A stretch of DNA of 54,922 bases, from the IMG/VR virus record IMGVR_UViG_3300028844_003773, positions 1 to 54,922 of that record; one strand, 5' to 3'. The first letter of the stretch is position 1, and every line of letters starts with the position of its first letter. The notes beneath the pieces were generated by a model, which saw only the letters and a program-made list of their open reading frames with translations, ran no database searches and was not told the DNA's origin. Both the position numbers and the translations under genes were made by a program. Positions 8,320 to 16,763 of this stretch are shown here, in pieces. Source of the stretch: a virus (taxonomy: Duplodnaviria; Caudoviricetes).

Positions 8320-8624
8320 GGGCTAGTATCGACTGATTTGATGTTCCTTATAAGAAAACTTCTCCAACCTTCTGCTTTTGTATCAAAGACAGCAAGACTA
8401 TTTTCAGGGTTTTTCATTACCCTTTCTTTCTTTTCTTCACCTTCTTTGACTACAACTTTAGGTAAGTTGTCTGGATGCAATGTACATGTCATTACACGTT
8501 CATCACCGTTGATCTTAGTAAAAGTAACTGTTACGATATCCTCAACGAGTACATCTTTAACTTGCGATCTAAAACTGTTCCATTCTTCATCAGTCCAATT
8601 TTGATCTGGGGTCATTATTGTCAT
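8310..8624 (-). CDS. WYL_2/DUF2693-like SH3/Sm-fold protein
   Basis: VTVTFTKINGDERVMTCTL and VFDTKAEGWRSF motifs. Confidence 0.8.
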   Translation of the reverse strand: MTIMTPDQNWTDEEWNSFRSQVKDVLVEDIVTVTFTKINGDERVMTCTLHPDNLPKVVVKEGEEKKERVMKNPENSLAVFDTKAEGWRSFLIRNIKSVDTSPRL

Positions 8625-8626
8625 AA

Positions 8627-8770
8627 TTATGCCTGTTGTTTGTTTTGCTTTTCGATTAAATCACACATTTGATAATATGCGATGAGTTCTTCCCAACTAA
8701 AAAAGTCTTTTCTGATATGACACCAAAATCTACCCTTGTTAGTTGTTTTCGGTTTTTTTACTGCTTCCAT
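8627..8770 (-). CDS. Small hypothetical protein (47 aa)
   Basis: MEAVKKPKTTNKGRFWCHIRKDFFSWEEL...* with SD AAGGA. Confidence 0.65.
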   Translation of the reverse strand: MEAVKKPKTTNKGRFWCHIRKDFFSWEELIAYYQMCDLIEKQNKQQA

Positions 8771-8785
8771 CTGTTCCTTAAAAAG

Positions 8786-8850
8786 TGAGTCTCAAACAGT
8801 GTAAATCTTAAGACTTACCTAGCCCTTCAACGGGCGCCTGACGAGACTCA
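8786..8850 (-). ncRNA. Candidate three-way-junction structured RNA
   Basis: Outer stem UGAGUCUC/GAGACUCA and inner CAG/CUG enclose hairpins GCCC/GGGC and GUAAGUC/GAUUUAC; followed by a U-run. Confidence 0.45.
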
Positions 8851-8922
8851 AAGTGTTCGACACAATCCTTAGCAATCATTAGCAATTTAACGTTTTGTGT
8901 CTTATGTGATACATTATACTAC

Positions 8923-9513
8923 CTAATGACTCCTAAATGAAGCATTTTGGGTAATTTGTTTCTGAGAACCATTGCCATTAATCATGCCCATCTTTCCACC
9001 TTGTGATACAATCCTATCAACCATATCTTCAAAATCGATCGGCTTCAAGTTTGTATGCTCGACAGAGACACACAAGAATCTAGGATCAATCTTGTCACCT
9101 TGCATGACTCTTCCACCATGTAAGTGACCGTGTACGTTGCACCCAAATCTACCCAATTGATCAACGTGAATCGGTATATGAGTAAACACTAACCCGTTAG
9201 TCACGTGACAGCCTCTGACATCTTTGAATACATCTACGTACTTGTTCAACTTTAACTGATCATGGTTACCCTTGACAAGTATTTTGATTCCGTTCATTTG
9301 CTTAACTTTGTTAAGCCCTCGAACATTAAAGGCAATGTCTCCTAACATGTAGACTTTATCGGTCGGCTTTACAATTTCATTGTGTGCTTGAACCATAGCA
9401 TCTTCCATATCCTCAACGGTATCGAACGGACGACATTTTGTGCCATCCGGATTTGTAAAATTGATCACGTTCTTGTGACCAAAATGCAAATCTGCTGTGA
9501 AAAATTGAGACAT
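8923..9513 (-). CDS. Calcineurin-like metallophosphoesterase
   Basis: ADLHFGH, LGDIAF, GNHD, THIP and HGHLH motifs intact. Confidence 0.9.
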   Translation of the reverse strand: MSQFFTADLHFGHKNVINFTNPDGTKCRPFDTVEDMEDAMVQAHNEIVKPTDKVYMLGDIAFNVRGLNKVKQMNGIKILVKGNHDQLKLNKYVDVFKDVRGCHVTNGLVFTHIPIHVDQLGRFGCNVHGHLHGGRVMQGDKIDPRFLCVSVEHTNLKPIDFEDMVDRIVSQGGKMGMINGNGSQKQITQNASFRSH

Positions 9514-9594
9514 TTTTTTTACCCTTTTAATTTATATATCATTTAGGGCAATGGTTCTTATGATAGCAATCGCCCTTTTTGATGATACTAGTCT

Positions 9595-9623
9595 ATTATA
9601 CGGCATTTTGACCCAAATGTCAA
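9595..9623 (-). promoter_or_regulatory. Early sigma70 promoter
   Basis: AAAAAGGC-TTGACA-TTTGGGTCAAAATGCCG-TATAAT. Confidence 0.9.
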
Positions 9624-9670
9624 GCCTTTTTAAAATTTTTTTGTCTCCTATAAACCTACTAAATATATAC

Positions 9671-10378
9671 ATGAATATATTAATACCAGCCGCAGGTCGA
9701 GGAACTCGTTTCAAGGGTCACTATGACCAACCTAAAAATCTAATCGATGTTAAGGGCGAGCCTATGTTAGTGGCTGCCGCAAGAAGTTTAGGACTAGAAC
9801 ATCCAGACAATAAGTTTATCTTCTTGCTACCTGAAGATATGATGAATGATACCCATAAAGAGTTAGGTGCTCGTTTAGTAGAAGAATTCCCGGGGTGTAC
9901 AGTCCTTATTGTTGTAGGACACACAGAAGGAGCCGCACAAACTGCAATTCAAGCAGTCCAGTTTATTGAAAACGATGAAGAACTATTGATTGCAAACTGT
10001 GATCAAATTATGAATTGGAAACCTAAACTACGTGATGAAGTGTTTGAGAAATTAAGAGAACATGATGCCGGCATTATTACAATTGAAAGTGATGATCCGA
10101 AACACAGTTATTTAGATATGGTGTCAGGTACTATCTTTGAAAAAGAAGTACAAGCAGGTAACATGGCACTAACAGGACTTCATTATTTTAAGAAAGGTAA
10201 AGATTTTGTTATAAGCACACGTTTAATGATGCAATCAGGTATTAAGTCTCAGGGAGAATACTATATAGGACCTGCATTTAACTGGTTTCAAGGAGATGCA
10301 GGCTTCTATCAAATTATGCCCGATGATATTTCATTCATAGGCACCCCCAAAGATTTAGCAGAATACTTAGAAAAGTGA
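9671..10378 (+). CDS. Sugar-phosphate nucleotidyltransferase (NTP_transferase family)
   Basis: MNILIPAAGRGTRF...PKNLI, TEGAAQT, IANCDQ, GEYYIGP, IGTPKDL. Start moved to 9671. Confidence 0.85.
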   Translation: MNILIPAAGRGTRFKGHYDQPKNLIDVKGEPMLVAAARSLGLEHPDNKFIFLLPEDMMNDTHKELGARLVEEFPGCTVLIVVGHTEGAAQTAIQAVQFIENDEELLIANCDQIMNWKPKLRDEVFEKLREHDAGIITIESDDPKHSYLDMVSGTIFEKEVQAGNMALTGLHYFKKGKDFVISTRLMMQSGIKSQGEYYIGPAFNWFQGDAGFYQIMPDDISFIGTPKDLAEYLEK

Positions 10379-10695
10379 TCGTAGGAAAATTATCAGACAC
10401 AACTAGGGGTTGGGTCATTGGTGATTTTGAACCTAGTCTTTTGAAGACTAAAGATTTTGAAGTAGGTATTCTAACACATCTCAAAGGTGAGCAATGGCCT
10501 GCTCACTATCACAAGCAAGGCACAGAATACAATATATTAATTAAAGGCAAAATGAATGTCTGCGACATTGAATTAGAAGCAGGTGATACATTTATTATTG
10601 AACCCAATGAAGTCGCCGATCCAACATTCTATGAAGATTGTACTATTGTTTGCATTAAAGTGCCGGGCGATTCTACGGATAAGTATCTAGTATGA
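10375..10695 (+). CDS. Cupin domain protein
   Basis: GWVIGDF, HYHK..TEYN, GDTFIIEPNE. Confidence 0.8.
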   Translation: MIVGKLSDTTRGWVIGDFEPSLLKTKDFEVGILTHLKGEQWPAHYHKQGTEYNILIKGKMNVCDIELEAGDTFIIEPNEVADPTFYEDCTIVCIKVPGDSTDKYLV

Positions 10696-11414
10696 TAAAA
10701 TATATATTTGATGTCGATGGTGTGCTATGTGATACTAGTCAACGCATTGATGAAGAATTTAGTGAATACTTTCAGGAGTGGGCACAAGATAAAGAATACT
10801 ATCTAGTTACAGGAAGTTATAAAGAAAAAACAATCGACCAAATTGGTTCAAAGATAGTAGATAATCAATATATAGGTTTTCATTGTTTAGGTAATGCTAT
10901 CTATCCTCCAGGGGGCAACGAAGTTCTTATCAATGACTTTGAATTTACCGAAGATGAAATAGAACACTTTTATAATTTTTGGACTCAAAGTAAGTACGAT
11001 CAGAAACCTGAGTTTAAAACTGTTTTAGAAAAGAGACAGGGAAGTTATAACTTTTCTTTAGCAACGAGAAGCGGAGACAGAGAACTTAGAAGTCATTACA
11101 CAAAACACGATGAATTGTACAAAGAAAGACAAAATTTAATTATACAATTAAATGACAATCATCCAAGATTAGAAGCATATGCAGGTGGAAGTGTGAGTGT
11201 TGATATATGTTTGCGTGGCGCAAACAAAGGACAAGTATTAGACTTAATAGACGATGATCAAGCAGACATTGTTTTCTTTTGTGATCAATATGGCGAGTAT
11301 GGCATTGATACACCACTAGTAAAAAAAATAGATTTCTTGCCTAGAGAAAGAGGAACTACTTACAAAATAGATAACGGTTATAAAGAAACTTGGGAAATAC
11401 TGAAAACATTATGA
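10692..11414 (+). CDS. Phosphomannomutase-like HAD IIB hydrolase
   Basis: FDVDG, LVTGS, EKRQGSYNFS, GGSVSVDI...NKGQ. Confidence 0.8.
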   Translation: MIKYIFDVDGVLCDTSQRIDEEFSEYFQEWAQDKEYYLVTGSYKEKTIDQIGSKIVDNQYIGFHCLGNAIYPPGGNEVLINDFEFTEDEIEHFYNFWTQSKYDQKPEFKTVLEKRQGSYNFSLATRSGDRELRSHYTKHDELYKERQNLIIQLNDNHPRLEAYAGGSVSVDICLRGANKGQVLDLIDDDQADIVFFCDQYGEYGIDTPLVKKIDFLPRERGTTYKIDNGYKETWEILKTL

Positions 11415-11866
11415 AATACATTGCACACAGAGGAAACATAAACGGGCCGTCTGCATTAGAAAATCATCCTGATCATATAAGAGAAGCATTACAAGCAGGC
11501 TTTGATGTAGAAGTTGATACTTGGGTTATAGACGGAGAAATAGTCTTTGGGCATGATGAACCTCAATATACTGTTAGTGTTACATCATTAGACAAAAGAT
11601 ATTGGATACATTGCAAGAACCTGGAAGCATTACGTTTCTTTTGTGGCATTGAGATGAATGAAGCAAATGCATTTTGGCATGAGTATGATGATTACACATT
11701 AACAAACAAAAAATATGTATGGACTAATATAGGTAGAGAATTAACTGGTCGTAGTATTATGGTTATGCCAGAAGTACAAGACGAAACATTAAAGAATACA
11801 TTAAATGTAAGATGTGCAGGTATATGTAGTGATTGGGTACAGAAAATTAAAGTGATAAGAGCATGA
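11411..11866 (+). CDS. Glycerophosphodiester phosphodiesterase-like protein
   Basis: MKYIAHRGN, EN, DVEVD, GHD, WIHCKN, GICSD; ATGA-coupled start. Confidence 0.75.
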   Translation: MKYIAHRGNINGPSALENHPDHIREALQAGFDVEVDTWVIDGEIVFGHDEPQYTVSVTSLDKRYWIHCKNLEALRFFCGIEMNEANAFWHEYDDYTLTNKKYVWTNIGRELTGRSIMVMPEVQDETLKNTLNVRCAGICSDWVQKIKVIRA

Positions 11867-12702
11867 AACTAATAGGTGCCGGAGATAGTTGGTGTTGGGG
11901 AGCAGAACTTGTAGACCCTGCTATAGATCCAGAACCAATTATGAATTTGCCCGGGGGCGGATTTGAAAGACAAAGTATACCAGAGAATATAGAATACAGA
12001 TTAAAGAATAGATACATCAATCGATTTGCAGACATGATGAATGCAAATGAACTAGTAGACTTAAGTGATCCGTCGTTGTCAAACGATGCAATCGTCAGAG
12101 TCTTAATGGAGTATTTGTCTTCAGAAGGATACTTTACAGGTAGAGATACTTCAGATTTATTTGTATCTATTGGTTGGACTAGTCCAGAACGCAGAGAGTT
12201 TCATACTAGAAAACCTTGGCGTCATAGTGATACAGGATTTGATGATCATAAGATTGCATTTGGACCTTGGAGCATGGATCAAGACCACGAAGGTGATGAA
12301 GATTTAAATAAATTTTTTCGTTTATACTTTGATAAGTTTTGGTCAGAGACTGAGTTTATTCATAGACACATTAATCAAGTTTGGCAGATGTCAAAGATAC
12401 TAAAGAACTATAACATTAAGTTTGTTATGCATCAAGCATTTTATCATCACCACGAGAAGATGATTTATCAATGGGACGATAAAGAATACGAAAAGAATTT
12501 TAATAAGATTACGCCGGGCGATAAAACACTATGGGAAGACATAGATAGTGATACATTTATCAGAGATACAACTGCATGGCAACATATGTTAACTAAAGGA
12601 ACCGCTGAAGAAGTTTTTATTATTTTTCATCCTAGTGCTGAAGGACATAAGCACTGGGCTGAATATTTATATCAACATTGTAAAGAGAAAAAACTATGGT
12701 AA
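11863..12702 (+). CDS. SGNH-like hydrolase/acyltransferase
   Basis: GDSW..G, SNDAI, IGWTSPERRE, HPSAEGH. Confidence 0.7.
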   Translation: MKLIGAGDSWCWGAELVDPAIDPEPIMNLPGGGFERQSIPENIEYRLKNRYINRFADMMNANELVDLSDPSLSNDAIVRVLMEYLSSEGYFTGRDTSDLFVSIGWTSPERREFHTRKPWRHSDTGFDDHKIAFGPWSMDQDHEGDEDLNKFFRLYFDKFWSETEFIHRHINQVWQMSKILKNYNIKFVMHQAFYHHHEKMIYQWDDKEYEKNFNKITPGDKTLWEDIDSDTFIRDTTAWQHMLTKGTAEEVFIIFHPSAEGHKHWAEYLYQHCKEKKLW

Positions 12703-12929
12703 AGAAAAGTAAAAAGAATCCACAAGTAGGAGACTTGATATATCACATATGTAAACTCAACGGTAGATTTGAAGGTAAAGTTGTACAGATGTTAGCAATG
12801 CAATTTGTTTATGAAACACTTGATAAAAACAGACGTTTTTGTTTATTCAGAGAAGATTGGGATTATGTTGATGAATTGTCGCCCATAAAGAGAAAACCTG
12901 TACAGAAGACTAAAAAGAAAAGACGATGA
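12696..12929 (+). CDS. Small basic hypothetical protein
   Basis: Overlap-coupled at both ends. Confidence 0.6.
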   Translation: MVKKSKKNPQVGDLIYHICKLNGRFEGKVVQMLAMQFVYETLDKNRRFCLFREDWDYVDELSPIKRKPVQKTKKKRR

Positions 12930-13798
12930 AGAAAATGAAAAACATTGCTGTAGTATTAAGAGGACATGTTCGTACATGGCACTTTAATACATCCAAAGTG
13001 TTTGAGTTTTATAACGAGATTGCAGAAAACGTAGATTATTACTTTATAACTTGGGACACATCTAATACTGAGGGCATTGAAGAATCTTTTGTAGATCAAA
13101 ATTTAATTCATTTTCATATTCTTAGTTATTCAATACACAATGCATTAATAACAGATGGCGCAAAAGAAGGAAACTATTACAACGGGCATCTTGGGCCTCC
13201 GTTTATGAATATGATAATGTTGCCTCATATTAGAAGACAAGAAAAACGTTTAGGCGCACAATATGATTGTATCTTTGATACTAGACCAGATGTTTTACCT
13301 GTCAGAAATCAAATCATTTGGGGAGAAAATGCCGGAGATGATTTATCCATAACTTATCCTGACCCTGATACGATATACTTTGCAGGATTAGAAATGCAAA
13401 CAAATATAAAAACAAATGAATTAGATGTTGCAATGCAAGATTGGTTCATGTATATGGGTAGTGATGAGTTTGAAATATTTAACATGCGATATCATTCAGA
13501 TAATTGGGTGTATCAACATGATGACGGCCCCGGTACTCAAATAGAAATACGAGAATATGTCGAGTCTAATCCTGTCACTCCGATGACTGTTTGTATACAA
13601 GACTGGTGTAGTGCTTACATGTTGCGTCCTAATGTATTCAGACTTGATTGGTTAGACAGCAGAGAGACAGAAACTATATTACATCAAAGTAGGAAATGGC
13701 CTACAATGACAAAAGAAGATAAAATCGCAGACTGCGAAAGATATGGTATTTCGTTATCTGATTATGTTGATACCCCGTCAATCACTTGTAAGATTTAA
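12926..13798 (+). CDS. Putative glycosyltransferase-like protein
   Basis: IAVVLRGHVRT...YDCIFDTRPD...DWF pattern seen in viral GT-like proteins. Confidence 0.5.
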   Translation: MKKMKNIAVVLRGHVRTWHFNTSKVFEFYNEIAENVDYYFITWDTSNTEGIEESFVDQNLIHFHILSYSIHNALITDGAKEGNYYNGHLGPPFMNMIMLPHIRRQEKRLGAQYDCIFDTRPDVLPVRNQIIWGENAGDDLSITYPDPDTIYFAGLEMQTNIKTNELDVAMQDWFMYMGSDEFEIFNMRYHSDNWVYQHDDGPGTQIEIREYVESNPVTPMTVCIQDWCSAYMLRPNVFRLDWLDSRETETILHQSRKWPTMTKEDKIADCERYGISLSDYVDTPSITCKI

Positions 13799-14216
13799 GC
13801 AGTTTTTGTAGCACCTTAGGCTGTCTGTGTCTAACGTCTGCTTCCCAAGGCAACATCTGATAGTCTTTATAATGTATATTCTTTAAATCAATTTCATAAG
13901 GCAAAGTGTCCCAAATAAAAATACCATCTTCTGTTATCATCAACTTACCTTCATACATTTGATTTACATGTATTAGTTCATGTACTAACGGTATCATCAA
14001 ATCGTTTACTCTCAACTGAGAGTTAAGTCTTATTAACTTGTTACTTTTATTATCTAATGTAGAATCTCCATATACATTACTAGGCATTGCTACAAACTCT
14101 ATAGTTAAAGAGTCAGGCAATGACATTAATGCTGACATGCCTTCGCAAATTGAACGTGCTATTTTACATTTGATTGCATAAGCATCTTTTTGAGGAACTA
14201 TAAATTTTAATTGCAT
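13782..14216 (-). CDS. HExxH zinc metallopeptidase
   Basis: LVHELIHVNQ...LPWEADV; start MQLKF placed 5 nt after TAAATA. Confidence 0.75.
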   Translation of the reverse strand: MQLKFIVPQKDAYAIKCKIARSICEGMSALMSLPDSLTIEFVAMPSNVYGDSTLDNKSNKLIRLNSQLRVNDLMIPLVHELIHVNQMYEGKLMITEDGIFIWDTLPYEIDLKNIHYKDYQMLPWEADVRHRQPKVLQKLLKSYK

Positions 14217-14221
14217 ACATC

Positions 14222-14238
14222 TATTTACTGAATAAATA
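14222..14238. promoter_or_regulatory. Back-to-back divergent late promoters
   Basis: TATTTA (14222-27) and TAAATA (14233-38) lie within a 28-bp intergenic gap. Confidence 0.7.
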
Positions 14239-14244
14239 TGATAT

Positions 14245-14877
14245 ATGGCTACGTTAACAGATTTTATAATTAACTGGGGAGATGTCGTTGAACTAGACTT
14301 TCCCAAGATGGACTTAAACAATATCAGAAAAATTTGTGATAGTCATCCAGGATGGAAAGAGTATCAAGGTCATAAGAAGCCCAATAATAGATTTGGACTT
14401 AGTGTTACAAGTTTAGATGGAAGATTTGACGGACCCGACTTAAACAGTTTAAGAGAGTGGGAACGTATACACGGTGAAGCCTACAACGAAGCAGACTTTA
14501 CTACACGAACAAATGTCTGTGCATTGATACCAGAACTAGATGAGTATTTAAATTTTTGGGAACCTAATTTAGGAAGAACACATTTTCTTAGATTAGATAA
14601 AGGTGGATTTTTTCCACCGCACAGAGATAATGGAGCAATTGTTGCTGTGCCTACATTTAGAATTATGATACCTATATACAATTTTGGTATCAACGATATG
14701 AAGTGGGTACAAGAAGAAAAATTATTAAGATTTGATTTGGGAGCAACGTACTTTATTAACACAAGCAGATTACATAGTCTGTTTAGTTTTGTTGATAACT
14801 GTTTAATGTTGGTTATTAACGTAAATGCAGATGAGCATATTTTAAAGAAAATGGTGAAAAAAATTGTCGCAGTATAA
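14245..14877 (+). CDS. 2OG-Fe(II) oxygenase, aspartyl/asparaginyl beta-hydroxylase-like
   Basis: GRTHFLRL..GGFFPPHRD, RIMIP, YFINT.RLHS. Confidence 0.75.
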   Translation: MATLTDFIINWGDVVELDFPKMDLNNIRKICDSHPGWKEYQGHKKPNNRFGLSVTSLDGRFDGPDLNSLREWERIHGEAYNEADFTTRTNVCALIPELDEYLNFWEPNLGRTHFLRLDKGGFFPPHRDNGAIVAVPTFRIMIPIYNFGINDMKWVQEEKLLRFDLGATYFINTSRLHSLFSFVDNCLMLVINVNADEHILKKMVKKIVAV

Positions 14878-15865
14878 ATCAGTACCTTTTTATAATAATT
14901 GGTTAGACATGTCTGGTATGACTACCGGCAACGGTCAGAATCATAAAATGAATGTATCTACAAAACTCATACGTGATTTAGAAAATATCAATGATGAAAA
15001 ATTAAAAAAGTGGAGAATAGATGCCGCAAAAAGATGCCATGAGACATTAGGTCCTTTCCCGGCATTATGTTTTAGTGGAGGCATTGATAGTCAAGCAATG
15101 CTACACTGTTTTGCAGAGGCAGACCTAGAAGCACATGTTATTATATTTAAGTACAATGATGATTTAAACAAACATGATGTTGATCATGCTAAAGCATATT
15201 GTCATACGTTTGACATACCATACAGAGAAATAGAGTTTGATATTGTTTCATTTTTAACTAGAGACAACGTAGCAATGACTGAACAGTATGGTGGATTCAG
15301 CCCGCAGTTCAATGCACATTATAGATTTGTAGAAGTATTAACTCATATGGGATATACTGGTGTATGTTTTGGAGGCAATGCTCCTGATAAAAATAGACAG
15401 GGTTATGGTAGAAATTTAGAAAAAAATCAAATGCACTGGGTTACTTGCAAAGATAAATTTCAAATAGCAGTGCAAGGAAGTTTCTTATCATTTAGTCCTG
15501 AGTTGGCACTAGCATTAGCAGTATCTACACCTGCCTTAGGCGCAGAACTTCCTGATCAGTCTACAGACTGGGAAGAATATAAAAAACTACGGGATCTTAA
15601 ATATAAGCAAAAAATAGTCGGCTACAAACGTATAGGTTTTGATATTATGCAACAACCAACTAAGTATACGGGCTTTGAAAAAGTCAAAGAATTATTTGAA
15701 GAAAAAACAGGAGACGGATGGGAATTTGAAAAACAATTTAGATATCCATTAAGTAGACTTCCTGGAACTAAAGTAGACAACAACAACTACGAAATAGATG
15801 TGCCGAAAGATCAAAAAGTATTTTTAGATTCAATCTACTTCAAGCACTTTCCCACGCGGCCCTGA
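14864..15865 (+). CDS. PP-loop adenylating enzyme (asparagine synthetase C-domain-like)
   Basis: LCFSGGIDSQ and KYTGFEK motifs; no glutaminase domain. Confidence 0.65.
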   Translation: MSQYKSVPFYNNWLDMSGMTTGNGQNHKMNVSTKLIRDLENINDEKLKKWRIDAAKRCHETLGPFPALCFSGGIDSQAMLHCFAEADLEAHVIIFKYNDDLNKHDVDHAKAYCHTFDIPYREIEFDIVSFLTRDNVAMTEQYGGFSPQFNAHYRFVEVLTHMGYTGVCFGGNAPDKNRQGYGRNLEKNQMHWVTCKDKFQIAVQGSFLSFSPELALALAVSTPALGAELPDQSTDWEEYKKLRDLKYKQKIVGYKRIGFDIMQQPTKYTGFEKVKELFEEKTGDGWEFEKQFRYPLSRLPGTKVDNNNYEIDVPKDQKVFLDSIYFKHFPTRP

Positions 15866-16648
15866 TCCTCGTCCTGGATTACTTACTAAATCTGCGCCTA
15901 CATAATTTATTTTTTCTTTTGAATGAGTAGTAGCCCATATACGTTTATGTAAGTGTATGTTGTAGCCTGTATACGATATACCTTCTAATCTAGTATCTTT
16001 ATAAGGGCTCAAATGAGTTACTAATATACCGTAGTATTTGTTTGCTATCTGCTTAGTTTCCCAATCTCTAATCATATCAAGTTGTTCTGTGTATTTTTGT
16101 TGAATAAATTCTTTAGTTGCCCACTTATCAATGTCACCAAAGATTTTTAGATCGGTGCCTGGCAAAATATCTGACTCTAATTTATATACTGGAATCTGTC
16201 CTTCACATATATTACAATAAAACCACGAGTCTTCCCAATCAGTATCACATTTAATAACATTAGGAAAGCCAAATGCACACCAAACAGATATAGTTTGTCC
16301 TGTTTGTAGTAATATTTCTAAACCTTGAGGTGCTCTAGGATCTTTCCAGTGTAAGTTTTTAGGCCACGCCTTTTGTTTTGTCCGTATAGACATGCCATTT
16401 TCATGTTCATGTTCCCATTTACCGGACATTAATCGATATCTTTCTGTATAACCTTCATTATACACAAAATGTATGTTAGGATACAGATGTGCAAGTTCAA
16501 ATGCATATAACATACTGCGTTTGCCGTTCTCTGCTATATTACCATTAAGAATGACTAAATCACATTCAGGCAATTTTAAATCAGCAGGATCAGTAGGTTC
16601 ATTAAAACCGTAATATAAATCATGGATTAGATGCACTTTAAAAGACAT
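15830..16648 (-). CDS. Degenerate metallophosphoesterase-fold protein
   Basis: Fold motifs present but ligands altered: IHDLY, ILNGNI, GYTE, VTHLSP, SNPGRG. Start MSFKV. Confidence 0.6.
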   Translation of the reverse strand: MSFKVHLIHDLYYGFNEPTDPADLKLPECDLVILNGNIAENGKRSMLYAFELAHLYPNIHFVYNEGYTERYRLMSGKWEHEHENGMSIRTKQKAWPKNLHWKDPRAPQGLEILLQTGQTISVWCAFGFPNVIKCDTDWEDSWFYCNICEGQIPVYKLESDILPGTDLKIFGDIDKWATKEFIQQKYTEQLDMIRDWETKQIANKYYGILVTHLSPYKDTRLEGISYTGYNIHLHKRIWATTHSKEKINYVGADLVSNPGRGSGPRGKVLEVD

Positions 16649-16763
16649 ACAATTATTTAATCGATAAATAGTGTTGTGAAATATATCTGCGTTTATCCTT
16701 GCGTATTCACAATTAATGATAAATACAATATAGTTATGCACACAAATTTTGGAGCCCAAACAC

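Noticed and set aside
8236-8604. 122-aa plus-strand ORF
   Set aside because: Antisense to tRNA-Arg and the WYL_2-like gene.
8838-8901. Hammerhead ribozyme (CUGACGAG on the plus strand)
   Set aside because: GAAA core missing (GACA), stem II poor, and opposite to the transcribed strand.
9551-9670. N-terminal extension of the nucleotidyltransferase
   Set aside because: It overlaps the divergent promoter; the family motif begins at MNILIPAAG.
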